Below are positions 9,252-18,195 of a stretch of 64,000 nt of DNA, in pieces. Positions within the stretch are counted from its first letter, which is position 1. Every line of letters begins with the position of its first letter. This DNA is from Myxococcales bacterium. Its GTDB lineage: Bacteria > Myxococcota_A > Polyangia > Polyangiales > DASUME01. Where the stretch lies: the NCBI GenBank assembly GCA_047601445.1, contig JASGJH010000001.1:3168001-3232000 (forward strand), given 5' to 3'. The notes under the pieces are model-generated. The model had not been told where the DNA came from, ran no database searches, and saw only the letters and a list, made by a program, of their open reading frames with translations. The translations under genes and the position numbers were made by a program.

Positions 9252-10993
9252 CTACTCGTTGGAGTCGTCGTCGCGGACACGCTGGCCGCCCGTGCGACCG
9301 CCTCCCTCGAACACGCGCTTCTGCCCGAAGCCGCCCTTCTTGCCGAAGCCGCCCTTCTTCTCGAAGCCGCCCTTGCCTCCGAAGCCGGCGCCCTTCTTCT
9401 CGAAGCCGCCCTTCTTCTCGAAGCCGCCCTTCTTCTCGAAGCCGCCCTTCTTCTCGAAGCCGCCCTTGCCCCCAAAGCCAGCGCCCTTCTTCTCGAAGCC
9501 GCCCTTCTTCTCGAAGCCGCCCTTCTTCTCGAAGCCGCCACGCTTGGCGAACGCAGGACGCTGCTCTCCGCCGTGCCTGCGGCGCGGTGCGGCGCCCTCT
9601 CCTCGGAATGCGCGCGGTGCGGCGCCCTCATCTCGAGACGCGCGCTGCCCGCCACGCTCCGGACGACCTTCCGAGCGAGCTCCACGCGGACGCTCGAAGT
9701 CGCCACCCGAGTCACGTCCAGTCCGAGCCCCAGCCGACCTGCGCGGACGCTCGAAATCTCCGCCACGCCCCGCGGGACGCGGACGCTCGAGATCGCCGCC
9801 CCGACCAGCCCGACGCGGACGCTCGAAGTCGCCGCCACGCCCCGCCGCACGGGGACGTTCGAAATCGCCGCCACGCCCTGCCGGACGCGCGCGCTCGAAA
9901 TCGCCACCACGGCCCGCCGAGCGTGGACGCTCGAAGCCTGCTCGCTCACCACGGCCCGCTGGACGCGGACGCTCGAAACGAGCGCCATCTCGCGCGCGAG
10001 TAGGCCTGGACTCCGGCTGAGAGTCCGCGTCGCCCTCGGACTCCGTTTCGCCCTCGGACTCCGTTTCGCCCTCGGACTCCTCATCCTGCTCGGCGTCGAT
10101 TGGCTTCGCCTTGCGCGTGAGCAAGCGAGCCCCACCGATCACCTTGCCGTCGGACGCAGCAGCGGATTCCAGCTCCAGCTCGGACGCGCTCGACTCGTCG
10201 GCGACGTCGTCCGCGGGCACCCCGGCCTCCTCAAGTAGCTCTTCCAATTCGCGCTCCGCCGCCGACTTCGCGGCAGCCCTGGGGCGCGGCTTGTCGATGG
10301 CGCGCGTCGGCGTGGGGCGCGGGTTGTTGTTGAGCTCCGCCAGGCGCTCTTCGATGGGCCGGGCCAAGGGCGCGTGGCGTACCCCGGCGCCGGACATGGC
10401 TTCCGAGACGTTGGCCATCGCCACCGAGAGCTCCAGCCGCGGCTTGCCCGAGCTGTTGCTGATGCGCACTCGCGGCGCAGCGTCACCCTCGTGAAGACCC
10501 GCCTCCGTGCGCAGCCAGATGGCCACGTCGCGCTCGTTGAGCTGGGCCGGGGACTCGCGCAGCCGCAGGCTCGCCGCCTCCATCAAGCTGCGCGCGCGCG
10601 GCAGGGGTACCCCCACCACCTCTTCGCTGAACCCCTCGAAGTCCATGACGCGCCGGGCGCGCCACAGGCCGAGCCGATGCACATCCAGAAGCTGAGCTCC
10701 GAGCTCTTCGAGCGCCGCCTCGGCGGCCGAGCCGTCTTGCCAGAGGGCCTGCATCGCCAGCACGCGCTGGTCGTAGACCGCCCGGGCGTCTCGATTTGCG
10801 ACCCCGGGGATGGTGTATCCCTCGCGGGGATCATTGACCTTGCCCTTGTCCTGGCGAGGCTTGCGGATCCGCAGCTTTTCCTCATCGCTGCGTGCGAATG
10901 CCTCGAGCTCAGGGGGTAGGCGTTTGCGCTCCGCCGAAGACCTTTAACGATCACGGGCGCGGTTTTGGGGGGACGTCCTGACACGCGCACCAT
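9252..10993 (-). CDS. Hypothetical protein with acidic linker and RGG/GGFEKK low-complexity tail; apparent 1-nt frameshift near 10944
   Basis: ORF 9252..10763 stays open and protein-like upstream to about 10943 without a start codon. One extra base in TTT 10943-10945 joins it to ATG 10993 (580 aa). Confidence 0.7.
9319..9540 (-). repeat. 18-nt coding tandem repeat (GGFEKK x8, two GAGFGGK interruptions)
   Basis: TCGAAGCCGCCCTTCTTC units directly visible. Confidence 0.95.
9686..9980 (-). repeat. ~36-nt coding repeat (FERPRxAGRGGD, 8 FERPR-like cores)
   Basis: GGACGCTCGAA(A/G)TCGCC-like units recur with synonymous variation. Confidence 0.9.
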
Positions 10994-11036
10994 ATAGCAG
11001 CTCGGATCGTCCCCGCAGGGATCGCTCGCGATTCCC

Positions 11037-11064
11037 TTGCATTTGTCCGGACCGCCCCTAGACT
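11037..11064 (+). promoter_or_regulatory. Sigma70-type promoter of rplU-rpmA
   Basis: TTGCAT-N16-TAGACT about 110 nt upstream of rplU. Confidence 0.6.
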
Positions 11065-11172
11065 TCCGCCTCCCTACCGCTGGGCAGGCAGTTTAAGCCC
11101 CCTGCGCGTTCCAGGGACAGCAAGGTCGCGACGGTCCCAACTGGGGCATCGCTCACTAAAGGACCCACAGAC

Positions 11173-11481
11173 ATGTACGCAGTCATTCGCACGGGCGGTA
11201 AGCAGTACCGCGTCAGCCAAGGTGAGACGCTCCGCGTAGAGAAGCTCCCGGGCGACGTCGGCGCCTCCATCACCTTCGACGAAGTCCTGATGATCGGCGG
11301 CGACAAGGTAAACGTGGGCAAGCCCCTCGTGGCCGGAGCCAAGGTCAGCGCTCAGATCACCGCGCAGGACCGGGCCAAGAAGGTCATCGTGTTCAAGATG
11401 CGTCGCCGCAAGAACTACCGTCGCAAGAACGGTCACCGGCAGTACTTCACCGAAGTCAAAATCACGGGCATCAACGCCTGA
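11173..11481 (+). CDS. rplU: 50S ribosomal protein L21
   Basis: [14 protein letters not shown]...KNGHRQYFT. Confidence 0.99.
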   Translation: MYAVIRTGGKQYRVSQGETLRVEKLPGDVGASITFDEVLMIGGDKVNVGKPLVAGAKVSAQITAQDRAKKVIVFKMRRRKNYRRKNGHRQYFTEVKITGINA

Positions 11482-11499
11482 TCACGCGGAGAAAGCACA

Positions 11500-11790
11500 A
11501 TGGCACATAAAAAAGGTCAAGGTTCTTCGCGAAACGGTCGTGACTCGAGCGCCCAGTACCGCGGCGTAAAGCGCTTCGCGGGCGAAAAGGTCCAGGCCGG
11601 CAACATCCTGGTCCGCCAGGTCGGCAGCCAGTTCCACGCCGGCAACAACGTCGGCATCGGCAGCGATTTCACCCTCTGGGCCAAGATCGACGGCGTCGTG
11701 AAGTTCGAGCGCTTCGGCAAGCGCCGCCAGCGCATCGCCGTGTACGCCGAAGGCGACGCCCGCCTCGCCCCCGCCGCAGCCGCCAACTGA
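11500..11790 (+). CDS. rpmA: 50S ribosomal protein L27
   Basis: [16 protein letters not shown]...GNILVRQ. Confidence 0.99.
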   Translation: MAHKKGQGSSRNGRDSSAQYRGVKRFAGEKVQAGNILVRQVGSQFHAGNNVGIGSDFTLWAKIDGVVKFERFGKRRQRIAVYAEGDARLAPAAAAN

Positions 11791-11829
11791 GCGCTCACAC
11801 CTAACGAGGCAGCCCAAACCGCTGCCCCC

Positions 11830-11858
11830 AAGGCCCGGCAACTGCCCGGGCCTTTTGT
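11830..11858 (+). terminator. Intrinsic terminator after rpmA
   Basis: AAGGCCCGG-CAACTGC-CCGGGCCTT followed by TTGT. Confidence 0.8.
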
Positions 11859-11954
11859 AATTTGGTCAGCAGCCAGCAGGTATCCGCCAGCGGGACGCAG
11901 CCGGCAGCACGCGGCTATCCGCCAGCGGCGGGCGGCGATCTGCTCAGCGGCACG

Positions 11955-12265
11955 CGGCCACCTACGCAGCCACCGCCACAGTCGCTGGCCAGGGTCTCCG
12001 GCCACCAGCAAGGTCCCGGCCACCGCCACGGTCTCCAGCCACCGCCACGGTCTCCGGCCACGGCCACCAGCGAGGTCTCGGCCACCGCCACGGTCTCCGG
12101 CCACGGCCCCCAGCACGGTCTCCGGCCACGGTCTACCGCCACCGCCACCGCCACCGCCACCGCCACGGCGACGGTCTCCGGCCACCGCCACCTGCACGGT
12201 CCTGGCCACGGTCTCCGGCCACGGTCTCCGGGCCACCGCCACGGTCTCCCGCCACCGTGACCGTC
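11955..12265. repeat. Intergenic mosaic repeat of GCCACC and GCCACGGTCTCCG units
   Basis: Ten GGTCTC copies in one orientation between 11993 and 12248, interleaved with GCCACC hexamer runs. Confidence 0.9.
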
Positions 12266-12318
12266 TCTCTCCCCCGTCCCGCTCCCTTTCCTCTCGCACT
12301 CCCTGGTATCCTTGCTTC

Positions 12319-13839
12319 GTGGATTCCGCCCGTAGCCCTGGGCCCTTGCGTTCCCCTGGCCCCGCCTCTTCCTTCGAGCAGCTCACCCTGCCGGACGTCG
12401 AACTCTCGGTCTCCCATTCCGCCCTGGTCCCGGCCCGTAAGCAGCGCATCTACTGCAACCGCAGCATCCGGCTCGACCAGATCGAATGGATCGGCTTCGA
12501 CATGGACTACACGCTGGCCATCTACGACCAGCCCAAGATGGATCAGCTCACCATCGACGCGGCCCTGCAAAAGCTGCGCACCAAGGGCTATCCCGAGAGC
12601 CTGCTCAACCTGAAGTTCGAGCTCGATTTCCCGGTCCGTGGCCTGTTGCTCGACGCCAAGCTCGGCAACGTGATCAAGATGGACCGCTACAAGTACGTGA
12701 AGCGCGCCTATCACGGGATGCGCGAGCTCGGCTACGACGAGCGACGCACCCTCTATCACGCCAGCCGGCTGCGCACGAAGCGCTCCAGTCGCTATCACTT
12801 CATCGACACCCTCTACGCGCTCAGCGAAGTGACCCTGTTCGCTGCCGGCGTCCAGCACATGGAGAGCCTGGGCATGCAGGTGGACTACGCCAAGTGGTTC
12901 GCCGACATCCGCGAGACCGTCGACCTGTCCCACCAGGACGGCTCGATTCTCGAGGCCATCGTGCAGAACCCGGCCCACTACATCCAGCGCGACCCCGACC
13001 TGCCCTTGACACTCCACAAGCTGCGCAGCGCGGGCAAGAAGCTGTTCCTGCTCACCAACTCGCAACCCGCCTACACCGATCGCATCATGCGCTATCTGCT
13101 CGAGGGCTCCCTGCCCGAATACAAGAGCTGGATGCACATGTTCGACATCGTGATCACGGCGTCCAAGAAGCCACGCTTCTTCATCGAAGAAGACGTGCCC
13201 TTCCTGAGCACCGCGGGCAAGCCCGTGAGCAAGCTCGAGCGTGGCAAGATGTACGTGGGCGGCTGCAGCGAGGAGCTCGCGCGCATCACCAAGATCAACG
13301 ACGACCGCGTGCTCTACGTGGGCGATCACATCTACGGCGACGTGCTGCGCGCCAAGCGACACAGCGCCTGGCGTACCGCGATGATCATCCAGGAGCTCGA
13401 AGAGGAGCTGTCCGGCGTGGCGCGTACCAGCGAAGCGAGCGACCGCTGGGATCGGCTCGAGGAGGCGCGCCAGGCACTCTCCGACGAACTCAATCACGTA
13501 CAGGAGACGCTGCGCACACGGGAGAAGCGCAAGAGCAAGAACAAGGCGGACACGCCCGAGGACTCGGCCGAGCGCCTGCGCTTACGCCGCCGCATCGAGC
13601 GAGTGCGCGCCAAGATCAAGATGGTCGACCACGAGTGCGCCCAGCTGGAGAACGAGATCGAGTCGCAATTCCACCGCTACTGGGGCCCCCTGTTGAAAGC
13701 GGGTGCCGAGCCCTCCAGCTTCGGGCATCAGGTGGAGGCCTACGCCTGTCTCTACACCGGCAAGGTCTCGAACCTGCTCGCCTACTCTCCGATGCACTAC
13801 TTCCGTAGCCCGCGCGAGCGCTTGCCTCACGAGCTCTAG
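12319..13839 (+). CDS. HAD-IG family 5'-nucleotidase (cN-II-like)
   Basis: GFDMDYTLA motif I, LLTNS, KKPRFF, YVGDHIYGD. Confidence 0.93.
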   Translation: MDSARSPGPLRSPGPASSFEQLTLPDVELSVSHSALVPARKQRIYCNRSIRLDQIEWIGFDMDYTLAIYDQPKMDQLTIDAALQKLRTKGYPESLLNLKFELDFPVRGLLLDAKLGNVIKMDRYKYVKRAYHGMRELGYDERRTLYHASRLRTKRSSRYHFIDTLYALSEVTLFAAGVQHMESLGMQVDYAKWFADIRETVDLSHQDGSILEAIVQNPAHYIQRDPDLPLTLHKLRSAGKKLFLLTNSQPAYTDRIMRYLLEGSLPEYKSWMHMFDIVITASKKPRFFIEEDVPFLSTAGKPVSKLERGKMYVGGCSEELARITKINDDRVLYVGDHIYGDVLRAKRHSAWRTAMIIQELEEELSGVARTSEASDRWDRLEEARQALSDELNHVQETLRTREKRKSKNKADTPEDSAERLRLRRRIERVRAKIKMVDHECAQLENEIESQFHRYWGPLLKAGAEPSSFGHQVEAYACLYTGKVSNLLAYSPMHYFRSPRERLPHEL

Positions 13840-13840
13840 A

Positions 13841-14365
13841 TCACAGCCGATAACTGAGCTGCACGAGCCCGCTCGGAAACGTGCGCGCCTGCTCCAGCCG
13901 CAGATCCTGCTCGCTATTACCTCCGCCGAACAGCGGGATCCCTGAGCCCAGCAGGACCGGGATGACGGACAACGTGAGTCTGTCCACGAGTCTCGCTGCG
14001 AGGAACTGACGGATCACGGCACCGCCGTCGACATACAGGTGGCGCGCGCCCTGCGCAGCGAGTTGCGACACCAGGTCCTCGACGGATCCGTCAAAGAACT
14101 CTTCGTTGTGCCTGGCGGTGAGCTCGCGCCGCGTCAGCACCAGACAGCGCTTGTCCCCGTACGGCCAACGCGGGAACCCGAGCGCCACACGATAGGTCTC
14201 GCTGCCAATCACCAGCGCGTCCACGCTGTCCGCAAAGGCGCCATAGCCATAATCCTCGCCCGGTCTCTCGACGCGGGCGAGCCAGTCGAGGGAGCCATCC
14301 TCGCGCGCGATGAAACCGTCGGCGCTGATGGCGATGAACACGGAACACTGCGGGCGTGTGGACAT
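13841..14365 (-). CDS. Dihydrofolate reductase/RibD C-terminal domain protein
   Basis: FIAISADGFIA, YVDGG, IPVLLGSGIPLF. GGAG Shine-Dalgarno before ATG 14365. Confidence 0.9.
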   Translation of the reverse strand: MSTRPQCSVFIAISADGFIAREDGSLDWLARVERPGEDYGYGAFADSVDALVIGSETYRVALGFPRWPYGDKRCLVLTRRELTARHNEEFFDGSVEDLVSQLAAQGARHLYVDGGAVIRQFLAARLVDRLTLSVIPVLLGSGIPLFGGGNSEQDLRLEQARTFPSGLVQLSYRL

Positions 14366-14496
14366 GGACTCCTGGCCGGGTCGGTCGCCGATCTTACCCG
14401 CTAGGTCACATTTTGGCCGCGCGCTGTCAGTGGCCGCCCGTTCTCGCCGTGGCCTCGCGTGGTAGCGTGGCAAACGCCCTCGGGCTCGAGCTCAGC

Positions 14497-16068
14497 ATGC
14501 CTATGCCTTCCGCTCATCGCGCGCGCCGACGCGCTCCCACGCTCGGCTTCGCGCTGGGTCTCGCAGCCTGCAGCCTCACGGCGTGCGAACACGCCAGGAG
14601 CGAGCGCCCCGACGCTGCGCTCGATGCCGCGGAGCCCATGGGAACGGGCGAGGACGCGGCCGGCATGCACACGGCGCACGACGCAACGCCCACGGCAGAC
14701 GCAGGCTCACCCGATGCCGACGCCAGCGCCGAGGAACCCATCCCGGAGCCCGACGCCTCGGTAGAGGTGGGAGCAACTTTCGCCGATCTCAATCCCGCCT
14801 ACCTCTTCGACCAGACCAAGGTGCGTACGTTCGAGCTCTATCTGAGCAAGGAAGACTTGGCCAAGCTCGACGCGGATCCGGCCGCCGAGGAATACGTGCC
14901 CGGTCGTATGGCCTTCGAGGGAGGTCTGCTGGAAGACGTGGGCATCCGCTACAAGGGCAGCACGGGCTCCTTCCTGTTCTGCGTCGCAGGCGGCTTCTTC
15001 CCGCCCTCGGGGCCGAAGACGTGCGTGAAGCTCGGCATGAAGATCAAGATCGACTACGTCGACGACGACGCGCGCTTCTACCGCCAGAAAAAGATCCAGT
15101 TCCACGCGCTGAACCTGGACGCCTCGCTGCTGCGGGAACGCTTCGGCTACGGGTTGTTCAACGCCATGGGGGTGCACGCGCCGCGCACGGCCCACGTGCG
15201 GATGGTCGTGAACGGCAAGTTCATCGGACTCTTCTTGCTGGTGGAGGTCATCGACAGCCCCTTCACGCGTGAGCGCTTCGTCGACGGCGGCGAAGGCAAT
15301 CTCTACAAGGAGGTTTGGCCCGTCACGCACGATGAAGCCCACTACCTCGCGGCGCTCGAGACCAACCGCAAGGACCAGCCCAGCGCGGCCAAGATGGTCG
15401 CGCTCGCGGATGCCCTCTCGACGGCCCGCGACCAGGATTTGCCGGCCCTCGTCGAGCACTGGATGGACCCGGACTACGTGGCGCGCTTCATTGCCATCGA
15501 TCGTGCCCTGCGCCACGACGACGGCCCTCACCACTGGTACTGCCAGGACGCCCAGAGTCCACCGCTCGGGGACTGGCACGCCCAGCGCTCCTATGCCGGC
15601 ATGAGCTGCGGCAACCACAACTACTTTTGGTACGAGAGCACGCAGGCGGAGCAGCTCTGGCCCATCCCCTGGGACCTCGACAACAGCCTGCTCGGCGGAG
15701 GCAACTTCACCAGCCTGCTATCCGACTGGGATGACCTCGGCGTGGACTGCACGGCGCTGCTGACCCCGTCGTTCGGGCCGCCCCAGATGCCCATCACTTG
15801 CGACGCCCTGCACCGTGGCCTCGCCCTCAGTCTGCCCTCCCGCGTGAGAGACGCCCTGGAAGCCCTGGCCGCGGGCCCTCTGTCGGAAGCCGAGCTCGAG
15901 GCCCGCTTCGCCCCCTGGCTCAGCCAGCTGGAGCCCCTGGTCGCCGAGGCGAACGCCGCAGGGCTCTCGGAGCCGCCTCTCGAAAGCTGGCAGAGCTCCG
16001 TCGCCGGACTGCGGCAGGCGATCTCGCTGCTGCGGGAGCAGGCCCTGGCCCACGCGCGCGGGGAATAG
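14497..16068 (+). CDS. CotH kinase family lipoprotein
   Basis: Lipobox LTAC, VGIRYKG, LRERFGY, APRTAHV, GNLYKE, HNYFWY, IPWDLD. Confidence 0.85.
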   Translation: MPMPSAHRARRRAPTLGFALGLAACSLTACEHARSERPDAALDAAEPMGTGEDAAGMHTAHDATPTADAGSPDADASAEEPIPEPDASVEVGATFADLNPAYLFDQTKVRTFELYLSKEDLAKLDADPAAEEYVPGRMAFEGGLLEDVGIRYKGSTGSFLFCVAGGFFPPSGPKTCVKLGMKIKIDYVDDDARFYRQKKIQFHALNLDASLLRERFGYGLFNAMGVHAPRTAHVRMVVNGKFIGLFLLVEVIDSPFTRERFVDGGEGNLYKEVWPVTHDEAHYLAALETNRKDQPSAAKMVALADALSTARDQDLPALVEHWMDPDYVARFIAIDRALRHDDGPHHWYCQDAQSPPLGDWHAQRSYAGMSCGNHNYFWYESTQAEQLWPIPWDLDNSLLGGGNFTSLLSDWDDLGVDCTALLTPSFGPPQMPITCDALHRGLALSLPSRVRDALEALAAGPLSEAELEARFAPWLSQLEPLVAEANAAGLSEPPLESWQSSVAGLRQAISLLREQALAHARGE

Positions 16069-16399
16069 AAACCCCGCGAGGCGCCGTACAAGCGGGTGAC
16101 CAGAGTCGACCTGAATGGGCCAATTCGTCCTGAGCGAGGGACGGTTTTGGGGCCAAGTTTTCTGGAATGTAACGAACTGTTCTCGGGGATTGCGTCAAAA
16201 AGCAACCGAGCTCACGCGACCCATCGATCAGTTCAGAAGCGGCATGTGGCCCTTCCACTTACACGTTGCATGGTGGCTTCGACCGAATGCTTCGCGGCGA
16301 TCGCGGAACTCCCCGATGGGGATGCTTCAGGTCGGCGAACGCTACGTGCGATTCCAGCCATTTCTCCCGTCATTTTCGCGGTTTCTGCACCCGGATTGC

Positions 16400-16415
16400 T
16401 GGCACGAACGCTGCA
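16400..16415 (+). promoter_or_regulatory. Putative sigma54 (-24/-12) promoter upstream of the sigma factor gene
   Basis: TGGCACGAACGCTGCA has exact GG-N10-GC spacing, in a lower-GC 650-bp intergenic region. Confidence 0.65.
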
Positions 16416-16722
16416 TGTAAACGGGTGTCATACGATTCTGCATTTTCGATCTCCCCCAAACCTGGACGATTCGATATAAGCGTTTCCAGTCGTGGAGGTG
16501 AGAAGGGTGCCCACCTCCCAACACAACTTGTCGGGGAAGTAAAACGACCCCACTTAGGCGATTCAGGCACTCGGTACGACGCAGCGCGGCAAAGCCTGAC
16601 GGTGATCACTCAGGTGACTCTTCTTTGTGGCCCCGACGAGTTTCAGCGGGGACCACTGGTGGCAGCGGGAGCGGGGATAGGTCCCTGCCCCGAAAGCGGA
16701 TCCGAAGCAAAGGAGCGGCAGC

Positions 16723-18078
16723 ATGGATAAGCAATCGGACGCGACGAGCACGACAGCCGAATCGACCGGCGATGACGCGGCGGTAACGGCAGAGGAAAGC
16801 TTCGAGTCGTTCGAAGAGCCCACCGGGGCTCAGCTCGCAGAGGCACAGCGCGAAATGGAACGCGCCCTCCGCGACATGAAGAACAAGTCCGCCGGCGATT
16901 CCACGCTGAGCCGCTACTTCCGCGAGATGGCCTCCCACCCCGTGCTGACGCCCACCCAAGAGGTCGAGGCAGCCAAGGAAGTGGAGCGCCTCGAGATTGG
17001 CTACTGGGTGAGCCTGTTCTCCTACGCGCCCGCCTTCGAGACCGTCGCCGTGGTGCTCGAGAAGGTGATGGCCGAGGTGCCGGTGGAAGTGCCCGCCGAA
17101 GTGGCCGCCATGCGCAAGCTGGCCCGCACCGCGAACAAGCAGGGCAAGCTCCAGAAGAAGACCCAGGAGAAGTGGGACGAGCTCTCGAGCGAACTGTCCG
17201 CCAAGCTCCGCGTGCTCGACACCGACCGCATCTTCGTCGACCAGTCCGACCGCGCCGTGCACCGTTTGGCCGGCGAGTTCGCGGACGAGCTCGACGTGGT
17301 GTCCGACGACTCGGTGGAGATCACCAAGCAGCTCCGTGTCTACCTCACCGTGGTCGACCGTGCGCGCGTGGCCCAGCAGATGGGCAAGAACCGCTTCGTC
17401 ACCGCCAACCTGCGCCTCGTGGTGTCCATCGCCCGCCGCTACAACCGCGGCCGCCTGCCGCTCATCGACCTCATCCAGGAGGGCAACATCGGCTTGCTCA
17501 AGGCCGTGGAGCGCTTCGATCACACGCGCGGCTACCGCTTCAGCACCTACGCCTCGTGGTGGATTCGCCACTCCATCAACCGCGCGCTGGCCGACAAGGG
17601 CCGCGTGGTCCGCATCCCCGTGCACATGCTCGACACGTACAACCGCGTCGCGCGCGCCACGCAAGCCATCGCGGCGCGCACCGGCCACGAGCCCACGCCC
17701 GAGGAGATCGAGAAGGAGACCGGCGTCGCCGCCGACAAGCTCGAGAAGATCAAAGACTGTGGCGCGGCCACGCCCTTCTCCCTCGACCGCAACGTGAACG
17801 ACGAAGACGGCCGCCGCTTCATCGACTTCCTGGAGGACGAGGACATCCCGACGCCGCACGAAAAGCTCGAGAGCAAGCGCTGGAACGGCGAAGTGCGCCG
17901 CCTGCTCGAGACGCTCACGCCCATGGAGGCTCGCATCCTGCGCTGGCGCTTCGGCCTCGACGACCAGGACGAACTCACGCTCAAGCAGATCGGTGACAAG
18001 TACAACCTGTCGCGCGAGCGCATCCGCCAGCTCCAGGAGCAGGCGCTCGGCAAGATCCGCCGCCAAGTCCAGATGTGA
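16723..18078 (+). CDS. RNA polymerase sigma-70 family factor (RpoD/RpoS-like, lacking region 1.1)
   Basis: Region 1.2 LSRYFREM, 2.1 [10 protein letters not shown], 2.2 [10 protein letters not shown], 2.3 [10 protein letters not shown], 4.2 SRERIRQ. AAGGAG Shine-Dalgarno. Confidence 0.95.
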   Translation: MDKQSDATSTTAESTGDDAAVTAEESFESFEEPTGAQLAEAQREMERALRDMKNKSAGDSTLSRYFREMASHPVLTPTQEVEAAKEVERLEIGYWVSLFSYAPAFETVAVVLEKVMAEVPVEVPAEVAAMRKLARTANKQGKLQKKTQEKWDELSSELSAKLRVLDTDRIFVDQSDRAVHRLAGEFADELDVVSDDSVEITKQLRVYLTVVDRARVAQQMGKNRFVTANLRLVVSIARRYNRGRLPLIDLIQEGNIGLLKAVERFDHTRGYRFSTYASWWIRHSINRALADKGRVVRIPVHMLDTYNRVARATQAIAARTGHEPTPEEIEKETGVAADKLEKIKDCGAATPFSLDRNVNDEDGRRFIDFLEDEDIPTPHEKLESKRWNGEVRRLLETLTPMEARILRWRFGLDDQDELTLKQIGDKYNLSRERIRQLQEQALGKIRRQVQM

Positions 18079-18105
18079 TCCCCGGCTCGCCGCGAGCGAG
18101 CGCAC

Positions 18106-18144
18106 GAGGAGCCCGTCCCGTCAGGGATGGGCTCTTCGCGTTTT
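18106..18144 (+). terminator. Intrinsic terminator after the sigma factor gene
   Basis: 14-bp stem GAGGAGCCCGTCCC-GTCA-GGGATGGGCTCTTC (two G-U pairs), then GCGTTTT. Confidence 0.75.
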
Positions 18145-18195
18145 GAGGGCCCGATAGCCGGACGGAAGAGCGCGCTGCGAGTGCGCCGCTGGGCC

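Noticed and set aside
9319..9980. CRISPR-like periodic repeats
   Set aside because: The units are contiguous, in-frame multiples of 3 with synonymous variation and no unique spacers. They are protein-coding repeats.
11862..12260. ORF or CRISPR array over the GCCACC/GGTCTC tract
   Set aside because: There are no spacers or cas genes. Mixed 6- and 13-nt units break frame, and the translations are low-complexity in all frames.
16585..16670. c-di-GMP-I (GEMM) riboswitch
   Set aside because: GGCAAA-stem-GAC and TGGCAGC resemble it, but the conserved GCAAAGC junction and a clean GNRA stem are absent. Kept only as an unassigned structured leader.
16723..18078. Primary sigma factor rpoD
   Set aside because: It lacks a recognisable region 1.1, region 2.4 is divergent, and there is no dnaG linkage.
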